Counted from the first letter of the stretch, positions 13,701-27,052 are shown. The stretch: 64,000 nucleotides of DNA from Azolla caroliniana (GCA_043228905.1 JBHGNT010000001.1:9238001-9302000); one strand, 5' to 3'. Notes: generated from the sequence alone by a model not told the origin. Made by a program: numbers and translations.

Positions 13701-14375
13701 GCTTTTGCGAATCTCACTGCGACAGGTATAAATATGTTGTGAAAACTCTAAAGAAAGCTAGCTTGGATCATCTTTCCTATTTAATGGAAGGACAATTGGA
13801 AACAGAGCAAAGGAGCTGAAGGTAGAGGTAGAGCTTCTCGTGTACGTAGGAGAATGCTGCTTGCTGAAGTTGAAAGAATGATAATCTCATACCAAATATT
13901 AAAAGATGAGGGTCAGGTATTGGATTTTTATGATTCTGAAGGATCCTTAGTTTAGTATCTTTCTTATGCCAAAAATTTTCAATTATATTGGACTTCAATG
14001 TTTTCTTTAATATGACATAAAGGAGCAAAAGATGCAATGGCAATACGGCATGAGTGTATATTTCCTGAATCAGTTCTACAGGGCAGTGGAAAAACTTGCA
14101 ATTTCTTCTGGTGAATGGTCAAGGTATAATTTAAGACCCAGTTAGTTACACACACATGAACATTATGAACAAGGCATTTGTTTGTGATCTTTGTTAAGTC
14201 GCTCATCGAGACATGGATATATATTTCTTTCTTCTGTTATGGCAGTTTGCAGAGGGACATCCTTGATCTTGCAAAACCTGAGGTTTCTCTTCCACATAAA
14301 CTTACAATTACTGCTCGCATGGAGAGAATCTATGAATGCATTATCCCAGTCCAACCATCATCCCGATTGCTCTAA
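7349..14375 (+). CDS. DGS1: DGD1 SUPPRESSOR 1 / NCA2-domain mitochondrial membrane protein, about 14 exons (approx. 7349-7581, 10501-10618, 11121-11324, 11559-11687, 11895-12061, 12611-12805, 12905-13005, 13158-13247, 13333-13405, 13487-13514, 13602-13725, ~13806-13916, 14023-14123, 14246-14375)
   Basis: Peptides LKFWKARGE|GTKMHKVRFMILERGPLAF, KPRKAVRRWLQYTGGAVGL...RHSRLMGSHDIDNW and IQVQKLKLDIETAMLELNQILRANEINFAILAALPAF match plant DGS1. The GT-AG junctions I checked are in phase. Confidence 0.93.
7605..8185 (-). mobile_element. Three diverged LINE/SINE 3'-end relics related to the RTEX-like tail, in DGS1 intron 1
   Basis: G(A/G)CCTATGAGACC occurs at about 7654, 7899 and 8121, each preceded on the + strand by GA/GATA-rich runs. 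8048-8135 aligns to the tail at 2655-2730 (TCTTC..AGG.CAAAT.TGGCC.ATGAGAC). Confidence 0.6.
7747..7900 (+). mobile_element. Candidate tRNA-derived SINE or tRNA pseudogene
   Basis: A-box TAGCTCAGCTGGTA at about 7756 and B-box-like TTCGACCC at about 7803. There is no valid anticodon arm, and the element ends in (GATA)n. Confidence 0.45.
8185..8616. repeat. Near-perfect tandem duplication, 2 x 216 bp
   Basis: ATGTTCAAGAAATCTACTAATGAATG...CTCTCATTACTTCTGCTCCAA starts at 8185 and again at 8401. Confidence 0.95.
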
Positions 14376-15688
14376 ATACAGCTTATCTAATGTATAGACT
14401 TGGTTAAAAAGTCATGGAAATAGCAAACGATTGCTCTGAATATACTTCAGAACCTTTTTAATCGGTTCCCCATGAGGAGGAAATCCTCAGTTTTGACTAC
14501 ATATATACAGCAGCTATATCATCCAAAAGCACTTGCAAATCACCTCAAGGGGCATCAAAAAGCAGAGTAAGAAAATGCAACGCCTTGATTGCCTACACGG
14601 ATAAATCTCTCCTATTTCCAGTTTTGATTAAACAAATGGGGATTAAATAAATAGATTCACTTGGCTTTCATAAACAAGATGGCATTATATTCTTCTTGCC
14701 TTCTCCTTCAGAAAGGTTGCCATTATGTTTGAGCAGAATTCTAACTTCCTGTCCTCGGGCACTCAAACATCTATGTAATTGTGGAGCCAAATAAATTTGT
14801 TTCCCCTGATTTTTGCTTCTTGAGGCTCCAACTAGTTATAGTATGATTTTTTTTCTGGTTTTGACTTCTGAAGTATTTCTATATTTGTTGGATTATTTTA
14901 ATTTCATGTTTCTGTTGGTTCTCTGCAATAGCTCTTATGTTTGGTCATATTCTTTGAAAAGCTAAATGAGATCAGTGTCCCTCTCCACTACAATTGTTTT
15001 CTGGAATGTTTAAAATATCTGATTCAATGGTGTCTAGATAGAGCATTTCATTTGCACAAATTATTCGCATGTTGGGCCGTGTCCATGTTATCAGAAATCT
15101 ATTGCATGTGTGCCTAAGAAACTAATCGTTAAATTCTATTTTGTATCCATTAATCAACTTTCACATCACAATGGATGTTATTATATTTTTCCGGCTGGCA
15201 ATTCTTTGCCACATAATTGATCACTTTCTGAAATGTTTTTTTCTTTCTTAAGTTGCTGCTACCCAAAATAACAAGTGGAACTTCTAATTTGTATTTTATT
15301 TGTACTTTATTTCCTTCCAAGATATGAACTGTGCTTTAATTAATGACAAGGCAAAGTAAATGTCTCTTTATAAAAGAAAGAATTGAGAAATAAATGCATG
15401 GGATCATTGCATGGATGCTTGAAAACATGAAAATGAAATTAATCCAAGGTTTATATGAGCAATATAAATCATCATGCTCTCACGTTTGCATCAAATGTAT
15501 GTTTTCTCTGCCTTTGGCAAAATCCTTCATTGTGGCTCCAATTACTGTAGCTTGTTGACAAATTTTTATTGTGGAAATTTGGGCACTTATTCATGGTTGC
15601 CTTCAAGACAAATACTAAGGCACATGATTACACCATATGTAGATCTTGCAACATGGTTTGAGCTTCAATTGATATGATATACTTTGAC

Positions 15689-18495
15689 ATGTTGTTTTGT
15701 TTTTTTGGTAACACTTCTATTACCAGTGGGAAGCCTAAAAGTGAGAGGAACAACCGCAAAGAATAAAGAGAAATATACAAGTGTCGATTAGACATGAAAG
15801 AGCTTAAAAGGACTCAAAGTAAAGAGCAAATTTGCAGTGTTATGTCTCTAAGTTGCAGACAATCAAATAGAGATTGTTTGAGGGATTGCTTAAAGAAGTT
15901 AACTTCATGTAGTTGGTTGTGATCAAAGACCTTAGTATTGTGGGATGTCCAAATGGTCCAGAGTGCCCAAAATCTTGTCCATTGGAGAAAAAAGGCATTG
16001 CTTGATAGGTCACACAGAATTTATCCAAATAACCAAAAGTGTTTCCCAAACCTTCAGCCAAGAAATTTGTGACAAAGAGATGCACTTAATCTTTGTACAA
16101 ATGTTGTAGTGAATGAACAAGTCCATAATAAGTGTGGGATTGTTTCCAATTGTCCACCACATCTTGCACAATGCGGCGAGGCTATTGATCTCTTTTGAAG
16201 ATTTGACCTAGTTGGGAGCACACCCAATAGGCATCTCCATAGGAATACTCGTTGCTTAAGTGGAAGCCCAGAGCTCTATAAGCTTAGAAGCCGAGTTTTC
16301 CACCAGGACTATGTTTTGTGTATGTGCCACAATGCATTTGCATATTCGTGAAACCACGGGTTAGGTTGCAACAACATATACACTAAATGTGTTGTAAACT
16401 TATTCATTGTAATAACAATGTTTTCTTTTTGTAACATCCAGTCTTGAATCCTGTGATCTCCATCTAGAGGTGGCACAAGTACTAAAGAAAGTACCAACTC
16501 TATGACTTGATTCCAGATAACGCGATGATGTGACCCAAGACTATAACAACATGTCATGTCATGTCATTGAAGCCTAATAGGCCTTGGTCATTTACCCCAT
16601 TTACAATTGATTTCAGCCCCTTCTTTGCTAAAAAATAAGCTTTCCTTTGAAGCTACATGTTACATTTACCAAGAGGCGATACTCCAAGAAATTGCACATC
16701 CCTCCTTCATTGCAATCTAATGATAATCACAAGATGTCAATCACTCAGATATGGTCTAGTTACAACTTCTCAAATGACTGTCTACTTAACAATATGGTTC
16801 ATGCCATACTCGATACAAAGACTCTATTCACAAAAATAATTGCAACATCAGTTAATCGTTGCAACTCAAAAATTGCCAACCTACGTTATGCTTTTGTAGC
16901 AGTACAACAACTGTTGGAAAGGTATCTAACTTCATCTATGCTACGCTGTGACTTGCAATAAGTGAAAAGCGATTTAAAAGATAAACAGGAGGAATGCTCA
17001 ATGTTCTTCTACTACCGTAATGTTGCTCGTCGGTCACAAAGGTAGGATCGGGTCAACAAAGAATTTTTTAACCAGTTTAAACGGAAAAATAAACCTCTTT
17101 TTATTACCTCTTTGAAGCGGCTTAATTGGATCCTATACATAAGATGAATCTGAGATGCGAGATATAGTCTCGGATTATTACCATAAGTTGTTGTCTGCGG
17201 AATCTTTTTCGACAGATAGTCTTTACAAGAGACAAGTTGTTCTTACAACTGTTCAACAAAAGGTTACAGATGTAATGGCATCTCATTTATTGCAACCATT
17301 CACACCACATGAGGTTTTTTCTACAGCTAAATCCTTAGGAAAGGATGACTGTCCGGGAAAAGATGGAATAGGAATTGGCTTCTATTTGCATTATTGGGAT
17401 TTTCTGGGTCCCCTACTTACTAGAGCGGTTAATTTAATATTTTGGACGGAAGGAATCATATATATGATCCCTAAGTCGGATGCCCAGTGTGATGAAGTCG
17501 CCAAGTGGAGGCCAATAACATTGCTTAATGATGTGTACAAGATTGTGGCAAAAACCATTGCTCTCAGACTGAGATCGGTGTTGCCGTCTATTATTCATGA
17601 CACACAATCTAGTTTTTTGCAAGATAGAAGCATTTTTTATAACATCTTTCTGTTTTGGGAAATGGTTGCTTTAGCTCAACAAAATAAACAACAACTTGTA
17701 GTATTTTTGCTTGACTTTGAGAAGGCTTATGATAAAGTGGATTGGGACTTTCTTGAGGTAGTGCTGTCAAGATTAGGCTTTCTTGCTGCATGGATAAAAG
17801 GTGTCTCTACCCTATATAGGCATGCTTCTAGTTCCGTCTTGTTTGCTGGAGGATATGGGCCATTATTTCCTATCTCTAGGCCAGTTCGGCAAGGATGCCC
17901 TCTCGCCCCGTTTCTTTTCATCTTGTTTGGGGAAGCCCTGTCCTCCTACTTAAGATCGTCTTCGGTATGTATAAGAGGTATATCATGTAACCTTTTACAC
18001 AACCTATTGTATTGGATGCTGAATTTGCAGATGACACGACCTAGTGCTACAAGTGCATCACTTAATTGGAACAAGTCAGCTGGACTTTGGGTAGGCGAAG
18101 AAACTCGCCCTGCATGGTATCCCGGTCCTTTCCGATGGCTTCATCATGGTGAACCCGTTCGTTATTTGGATGTATGGTTGGAATAGATTTGCGGCTAGAA
18201 GCAATGTTATTGTCACTACTATTATCAATAAAACGTAAACTAATACATTGGGATGCCCAACAATTGTCCTTTGCAGGTCGGCTTGTAGTAGCCAACTCTG
18301 TATTGCTGGCTTCAATGTGGTTTATAGCATCCGTTTGGCTATTTTCTAGATATGCAATAACGAAAGTGCAAAGTTTGATCCGGAATTTCCATGAGGGGGG
18401 GAAAACAAGGATCTCCAACAGTAGCCAAAGTTGCTTGGAAGGTGTTAATCCAACCTAAAAGCAATGGAGGTTTGGGTTTGATAGACCCAGTCAAG
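15689..18495. mobile_element. Degenerate L1-clade LINE with a 5' inversion: RT region on + (about 16630-18495); zf-RVT, 3' UTR and A-rich tail on - (about 16620-15689)
   Basis: On +: WRPITLLNDVYKI, LLDFEKAYDKVDW, VRQGCPLAPFLF and KVAW...PKSNGGLGL. On -: LPLKQRVFLWRCLLGVLPTRSNLQKR...CARCGGQLETIPHLLWTC, followed by the tail AAAAAAACAAAACAAC. Confidence 0.88.
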
Positions 18496-18779
18496 AGCCC
18501 TATTGCTGCCAGGATCATAATCTTGGAAAGGGATATTTCTAAATCAGTTATCAACTTCCTTGGACCCTTTCTTGATTAGTAGTGATGCAAGGTAGAATGC
18601 AACAATTTTTTTATTTTTTTTACCTTTTACAAAGTTCTCGCTTTGGTCTTAGGATTATCGTATATCATTGTACATGAAAATTGTAAGCTTTTGGGCACAT
18701 AAGCTTAAGTTGTAGCATTCACATGTTTTTCTTAATACTAACGAAGAAAATCTTTGAAGGAAAAAAGAAGAAGCTTTCC

Positions 18780-19170
18780 TAGGCTCTTGTTGACCTAGTG
18801 ACCGTGGGAATATAGCACTCCAATGTAAGCTTTCCTAGGAATTTTATGTCGTGCAATACTTCCTTCTAGTGATTTAGAAGCTTTGAGCTAAATGGACATC
18901 TTTTGATGTGCCCGTCAAGCTTTCCAAACACTACATCCCAATGGTTAGTATCCCATGGCCCAAATGACTTGGTTTTAAAATTAACAAATGTATATGATAT
19001 CATTCTAGCCCAAGGCAATGTTTGTTCAACAAATTTTGGCAGTAAAGTAGGTTTTCTAGCCAACATATGCAATTGCAAATTATGAATATGTCGCCCTCCA
19101 CATAATTGTGGAGTGCATATATTCTTTAGTGATAAGAGTCGTACACCTCTACGTGACTGGTTAGAGCACC
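18780..19170 (-). pseudogene. Possible MULE/SWIM-family transposase-like relic
   Basis: Frameshifted coding-like sequence with only weak recalled similarity (FAIAYV.RKPT, EVLHDIKFLGKLT). No diagnostic motif is intact. Confidence 0.25.
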
Positions 19171-21754
19171 AAAAGTTGCTTATGATTTTTGAGTTAATCT
19201 TTTATATCATGTGTTTCTTTGCCAATCAATCATAATGAAGTAAATATTGCATGTAAGGCATGAATATAGATTGCACTATCCTCAATCTGACATGGAGCGA
19301 CCATGTTGCAATCTTCCAATAGCTTAGCTTTTGACATGGTTTGCAACATGAATGTAGAATGTTATGAGCTTCAATTGATATGATATACTTTGACGTTTAG
19401 TACATTCCAATCGAGGAGTTTGAATACAAAATTTGGTTTATGAACATGTACATGGATGTGCCATGCCCTCACATAGTTCCACAAAAAGTGAACCATATTA
19501 GAGATCCTAATATCCCGCCAATAATAAGTTAAGATGACACAAATCATCAAGGACCATTCAAACGAAGTTTTGAGCATTTGCTTGAATATTATGCTCCCCA
19601 TGGACATTTAGATTTAAGTTATTCCAAAGCATTCCCTTGGGTTTTACTTCACCCAATGAAAGTTTTCAAGAACGTGTGTTGTATGTGGAACCATATAGAG
19701 TTATAACAAATTTAGAGGTATCTTGAATATATACTGAGGGAAGTTTCTATAGAAACATTATTGCAATGCTTGATACAATGGGCACATTGTGTGATAAGCA
19801 TTTTTAAAAAGTGTCAAGTAAGAATAATACTATAGTGACATGGGAAAGGTGGGTGAAGTTAAAGAGAGTTACTTATATTTTAACTAGACTCTTCTTATTT
19901 TTAAGTGCAACACATTCATCCTAAAGAATATAAAAATGACCAGAGTTTTGTATTTGTATCAACCTTTTCCATTTCTCTCTACTATTGTTCTCTATTAACA
20001 ACGAGAATAGTTGAAATGCAATGAAACTTAATCCAAGGCAAAATTGGAATAGAAGGCAATTTATAGATTTAAAGGGCCAAAATGATATGTTTTAATTTTT
20101 TGTCACTCCAACAATGCGGGGGTAGAATTAAGGCGAAAATCGATATTAGTTGTAACTTGTATTAATACTCTTGTGTCATGAAAGTTCTACATTTGGATAT
20201 CTTTACCGGAGTATAGTAAGATGTAGATGTAAGTTGGTCAGTAGAACTTTGCAATTTGAAGTGATTGGTCAATGAAATGTCTCCTTAGTTTGTTTTAATT
20301 ATTTAATAACACATTGGTATTTGAAACATTCGCTTGATACAACAATTTTGTTAGTAAATATTTTTTGTGATGTTGTCTGCCAATCTTTACGAATTCTGCA
20401 AAATCATTTCATTCCATGGTATGAAATTACAAAACCAAGTTTTACCTAAAGAATCGCATAAGTATGTGATTATTTGTGCAATACCAAAACGTAATGTGTA
20501 CATTCAATATTTATTAAGGTGCATATGCTATTAGGAAAACAACTTCATGGTTTTTTACCAATGCCAGGTTGGAGCATTCAGAAGTCCACATAATTTAACT
20601 AAAGAATGTTGAAAGAATAAATGTAGAGATATCTCTTGTTATGAAATCCTTAGATGTATTATATTGGTTGATTCTTGATAATAATAAAAACAAGCCATGT
20701 AAAACTGCAAGGCAAACCATATAAAACTAAGAGAACAATTGTATGCACAAGTGTTAAGAAAACGAAATCTTCAAACAAAACACATATAAGTGAATAAACC
20801 AACATTTTAGCAAATATACACAAAATATTTATGAACAATTTGTGAGCAAATATCACTTGGTTGATGTATATGCGAATAACTATTTCAAAAAATTTAGTTG
20901 TACAATGAGGATATCAATTGAACTTTGTATTTTGAATGGGAAGATGAGGTAAGGGGAGTTGTTGCTTGTTCTCATTATTGAAATTCAACCAAGAATAATC
21001 TTGAATTTTATCCCAAGCAACCCAAAAGATGCCAAGAGTTGCTTATAAAGGCCAATGTAAGGCGTAGTTCTTTTGCCAACTCCTATATATGTACTTTGAA
21101 ATATAGTAGTACCACTTGACAAACTCCTAACATTCGAGTGACCACAAAGACTAACAACTTGTTGATCTTAGTTTTATTCAACCAAAGCAGGTAATTTTGA
21201 TTGATTTTAATTCAATTTGAAATAACATACATACACACACAAACATGTATATTAATATCCATTAGTGTTATAAAAGTTTTGTGAATGATTGTATAAGGAT
21301 GCAACGAACAATGGGCTAAAATGTGCATTCATTTTAATTCATATTTAGCCATAGGCTTTCACGGTTTCTAATCTCATATATTCTTATTAGACACCAATAT
21401 AACCTTTAATAATAATAACAAGCATGAACACGTACTCACTAAGTATCCCATAGGACCATGGAAAGACTTGCACAAGTTTTCTTAATGATTGTGTACGCAT
21501 ACGAACTATTGGGTTAGGAGCTCTTTGTCTTGTATCCTTTGGATGTTATTAATTAAAGAAGCAAGTATGCACATGTCTACGTGCTTCTTTGAACACACAG
21601 ACTCAGACACACTAATTTTCCTTTATTGTAATTAGCTTACCCTAGTGATAAGTTATGAGACTACTAGGCCTACACCTTGGGTTTGAGAATCCTCAAATTC
21701 CTCACCTCTATATTACTAAAGATACATATCCTCTTAATTTACTAAATGCCACCT

Positions 21755-21814
21755 TGGGCCAAATTTGGCCTTAGAAGACGTTAATATATCTTTCTTTCTT
21801 TCTCTCTCTCTCTC
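21755..21814 (+). mobile_element. Extremely 5'-truncated RTEX-like LINE 3' terminus
   Basis: TGGGCCAAATTTGGCCTTAGAAGACGTTAATA...(TTTC)n(TC)n is almost identical to the reverse complement of 2655-2726. Confidence 0.85.
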
Positions 21815-22427
21815 ATTGCAATGGTATCTTCCATGGACATTATCCCATACATTTTCATGATCGCCTCCAACCCCAAGGGGTTGTCTAGTAATCACTCCGG
21901 AGTTCGCGGCTAAAATGCATGAAGAAGTGCACGCGTACATTTGTAGATGGTAACGAACAAGTTTCGAAGCAAACTATATATATACATACATACATATATA
22001 TATATAGATACATATATATACATACATATATGATATATATATATATGTGTGTGTGTGTGTGTATGTATATGTATACATATGTATATATGTATTAGGTGCT
22101 AAAGTGAAGAACTCAGGGCTAGATTTAGGTACAAATACCAATGTTAGAGAGACAAATACCAATGTTAGAGACAATAATTCAAAGGCTTCTCAAGATTCCT
22201 GTGAACCTTCAAAGAAAAAAATGCACATTTGGGTGGAACATACGTGTTATATATATAGCTTACAAACTTATGTGCATTCTTGAGCCTTCTTGACCCATTA
22301 GTAATGAAGAGGTGCTCTGATCTCTCTCTCTCTCTCTCTCTCTCTACCGCCTCCTAATAGATAGATGTATTAGTATATGTTTATATGAATGGCTTTGATT
22401 TGGTGTTTGGGTCATTTCTATATAGCT

Positions 22428-22600
22428 ATGGTGTTGAGCCAACTTGTGGATCCCCTCCCAACAACAAATGCTGTGGAGCCCATGTTCGCCTCCAGATATC
22501 TTCAGAAATCCGTGCCCAAGTAAGTAAATGAATGATTTCCTTAAAATTTAATTGACTTTACTTAAGTACAACATAAAAAATCTCTGATTCATTTCCAGAT

Positions 22601-22632
<32 letters not shown>

Positions 22633-25600
22633 CTATTTGAATGAGGCTAACAAATAAGAAAAACAAAAACCATTTAAAACCGAAAGCATGATAATGAATT
22701 TAAGTAAGCAAAATGTTAATATTGAAATGGATGGGCAACTACACATATATACGTAAAAATAATAAATCAACCAATCAATATGTGTGACGATTATGGGTTT
22801 CTTGTTTTTTTGAGTTTAAATTTCTTGTTGTGTTGGTGTTTCTAAAGGTTTTCTTTGCCTGAGAGGGAGATGTCAAGGGAGGCTGCTTATCAGGTTGTAC
22901 ATGATGAGCTCTTGTTCGATGGCAACCCCAGGCTCAACCTTGCCTCCTTCGTCACCACATGGATGGAGCCAGAGTGTGAGAAGCTCATCACTGAATCTTT
23001 AAACAAGAACTACATTGACTTTGATGAATACCCAGCAACCGTAGCTATACAGGTATGTAATCTATATTGCTATATCTCATACTTATGTGGAGTAATAGAT
23101 GCGTGTATATGTAAAATGTATGATATGTAATCGATATTGATTGATCTCACACATTATGCAGATTAATGGATGCGTATATGTGTATAAATGTATGGTATGT
23201 ATGTAGTGTGAGAAATGTGATACAATTTTTTTCTTTCCATCATGAACTCTTGTTGGTGATGCATAACATAGCTAGCTAGTAGGTTTATGTTGCTCATATA
23301 CATGCAATGATACATTTAGAGAGACAGGAATCGACCTATAATTGGCTGTAGTAGGTCTATTTCCAGACCATTGCTATATAGACTGTGATTGACCAAATCT
23401 CAATTCCACTGTTAACAGGCACCCTATCTCTGGGCTAATTGACTGCTTAATGTATGATAACATCCATGCTCACGAAATTTTAGTTGGGGCTTCCGGTTTT
23501 TGGAGAAGATAGAAAAACTGGGTCTGTAGTTTCAGATGACTCCAGTTGAATAGAATTTAATTTTGTCAAAACTCTATTTCATTGATCCTATCACGTAAAA
23601 TGTGGTGGAAGATAGTCAGAACCATAATGCATGATGCCTCACATGTAAAAAGTTCATGTTTGTGTATAATACTCCTAATGCGTTACCTCATCGACAAAGC
23701 TCAATAATGTTAGGTCATAATCCACCAGTCTTAGGAATAATCACAGCATGAAAAAGTCTACAACGTTTTGTGAAGTGTGAGCACTATAACCTTAAAATCT
23801 TTTCACCTGATGTTACGATGATGACCATCTGATTACTGATGTGATGAGTGACCATCTGATTACTGATGTGATGAGTGACCATATGGTCACTCTTATGATG
23901 AAATGGTCATATGATAGATGAGCTTTGGAAGATATGTCCCAACTCTTTTAATGCATATGCAGGATAGATGTGTAAACATGATTGCTCGTCTTTTTCACGC
24001 GCCGTTGAAGGATAATGAACCAGCTATTGGCACATCTACCATTGGTTCATCTGAAGCCATCATGTTGGCTGGGCTTGCAATGAAGAGGAAATGGCAAGAG
24101 AGAAGAAAGCAAGAAGGAAAAACATATGACAAACCCAACATGATTGCTGGAGCTAATGTTCAGGTATGTTCTTTATATATACATATATCCATCATGAACT
24201 TTGAACTTTCCAAATATCTTGAAAGTTTACTGGGCTTCATTCAAAATGTTTATGCAATGCATTATTTGGGTATGTAAGATCTAATGCTACGAGCAGATAG
24301 TGTTCTTTCTATCCTAATTTAAGCTAATACATATATGTGTGTGTGTGTGTGTGTATCTGTCATAAGTAAATTGATACATAAATTGGTTATATAAGGCAGA
24401 AGCGCTATGCATGGATAGTGTTCTCCTCTAGATTGAGTTTTCAATGCATGTATATAGGTAGACGAATAACACATGTATGTGGTTATTTGTATAAACTCTT
24501 TTTATTTTTAAGGTATGCTGGGAAAAGTTTGCAAGATACTTTGAAGTTGAGCTGAAGGAAGTGAAACTACGAGAAGGACAGTTTGTGATGGACCCTTTCA
24601 AGGCAGTGGAACTTGTAGATGAGAACACGATACTGGTGTGTGCGATTCTTGGATCAACTTATAATGGGGAATTTGAAGATGTGAAGCTATTGAATGACTT
24701 GCTACTCAAAAAGAACAAAAAGACTGGGTAAGTTTGAAACACAAATGGATCATGTACTGGTAAGCTAATTTAAATGGCAATATATGTGCAATGCACAAGT
24801 GAGACATTGTCGCTTATTCCAATATCTTGTATTAACATTATCCATTGAAAGAGAGAAGGTGAGAAAATTTAGAAATAAGCTGCCTTAGAAAACAGATGTA
24901 GGTTAATTGTTAAGGCTGTTCGGTGGAGATCAGAATGTCACTTCTTAACTCCCTCCATAGGGACATCTAATAAATTAGTCAAAATTAGCAAAATTTGATC
25001 CTGGGTGTATGGGTTTTGAAAAACATGGCTAACCCGCGAGGGTACCACCCTAGTACAAGAAGAACGAAGTAGCCAAGATCTATAAATATCATATAATCTC
25101 TATAAAAGAGAGTTTGATAGGAGAAGAAATGTTAATTACCTTATTGTTTTCTCTAGCTTGAAAGCTTTACATCTTATTTTTAAACTAGGCTTATAAATTG
25201 CCTTTCAAGTTACATTGTCATTCAAAGACAGAAAGGAAATGTGATTGAAGTATTAAGATATGCAAGAAAAGGCCCAAAGTGACCTATGAGACCCAAAAAG
25301 TTACAACTATCATGCGATACATGATATAAATGTGAAATGATAATAAAAGGAAGCTAAAGAAACTGGTGGTTTTTGGTAACAGATGGAATACACCTATACA
25401 TGTCGATGCAGCTAGTGGTGGATTTATTGCTCCTTTCATATATCCATCTTTGGAGTGGGACTTCCGACTACCTCTTGTGAGGAGTATAAATGTGAGTGGT
25501 CACAAGTATGGGCTCGTGTATGCGGGGGTTGGTTGGGCTATTTGGCGTTCGAAAGATGATCTTCCAGAGGATCTGGTCTTCCATATCAACTATCTTGGCT

Positions 25601-26792
25601 CAGATCAACCCTCCTTCACACTCAATTTTACGAAGGGTATGATTGTTTCACTCAATCTCCGTGTAACCTGATGAATTTTTATCTATTGATATGAGAACTC
25701 CTAATGTACTAGTTTTATCACAATGTGCAAGGATTCTCATCAGACCACATGTAAATATTAAAGTATGTAACCTTTTCTTTTACAAGCGTGTGTGGCTTAA
25801 TGAGAAATTTGACTTTTGTTTTAGGTGCAAGCAATGTGATTGCTCAATATTATCAATTTCTTCGCCTTGGATTTGAGGTTTGTTGTTTTATGGGTTTTGC
25901 AAGATTGGGTCATAGGATTGTATCAAAGTGTTTGGATCGAGGAAAACAATGTGGGTAATTTATCGGAAAATGACTGTTTCTCAAGAATTTTAGAAACTCT
26001 GTATACTTCTATTACCAATGGTCTTGAGAGATACATTAAACACATAATAAAATAAGGAATTAATTAATATTTGCCAAAAAAATTGGAAATTTGAAAGATT
26101 AACCCAAATTTCTTTTCTTCTAGGGTTTCAGGTCCTAAACATTTGCCTAAATGTTTTTAATTAGTAACCATGTTTGGATATACATGTAGGGATACAAGGC
26201 CATTATAAAGAGTTGCCAAGAGAATGCACTTTATTTAGCCGAGAGGCTTAGGCAAACATGGAAATTCCGGATCTTATCCAAGCCAATTGGAGCACCAGTG
26301 GTGACGTTCTCCTTGGTGAAGAAACCAGGGTTATTGATGATGACTGAACATGAGTTGGCCAATAAACTAAGGCAATTTGGATGGATTGTGCCGGCATACA
26401 CGATGGCCCCTGATTTAGAACATGTCAGTGTTCTAAGGGTGGTGGTGAGAGAGGACTTTACCAGGGCGCAAGCTGAGAAGTTAGTCAATGACATAGAGTT
26501 AGTAATGGAACAAATTAATATAGCCAACAATGTGCCCAAAATGACAAATTCTATGAGTCTAGGGGATGATCAATTGCCTCAAATGTCATCAGTTGAACAA
26601 GAAGGTTATGCCAGTGAAGGACAAACCCTTAGAACAATGGATAATCGTGGGAAAAGGGCACGTGTGATTGAGCAACTCCAAAAGTTGAGGCCCCGGGGTC
26701 TGGTTGTGAAGGAACCATCTACTTCTACCCCACAAGCAAAGCATTATATCCATAAACATGCGCGCCTTCGGAAGACTAGAAGTATATGTTAA
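22428..26792 (+). CDS. GAD: Glutamate decarboxylase, 7 exons (approx. 22428-22519, 22848-23052, 23963-24163, 24513-24727, 25383-25636, 25825-25877, 26190-26792)
   Basis: Motifs [46 protein letters not shown], the PLP-lysine motif [11 protein letters not shown], and GWIVPAYTM. Confidence 0.97.
23822..23892. repeat. 27-bp tandem duplication ending in a perfect 20-bp palindrome (GAD intron 2)
   Basis: TGACCATCTGATTACTGATGTGATGAG occurs twice. GAGTGACCATATGGTCACTC at 23873-23892 is its own reverse complement. Confidence 0.9.
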
Positions 26793-27052
26793 TACCCTTA
26801 CATCCCTCAAACGTTTGGCTCACTCAAACACTCTGTCACTCACAGAACAAAAAACAATTCATTCACTTTGTTTTACATCTCCTTCTCCTCAATTGATTCA
26901 TTCCCAACTGCTATGTTTAATAACACCATGTTTACCACCCAAGTGTGTTCCCCCCTCTTAACTCCATATATTTGTGCTCTCTATACCAAGGTTGTATTCA
27001 TACTCCACCATGGAGAAAACATCACATTTTACATTTTCCGAGGGAAGTTCAT

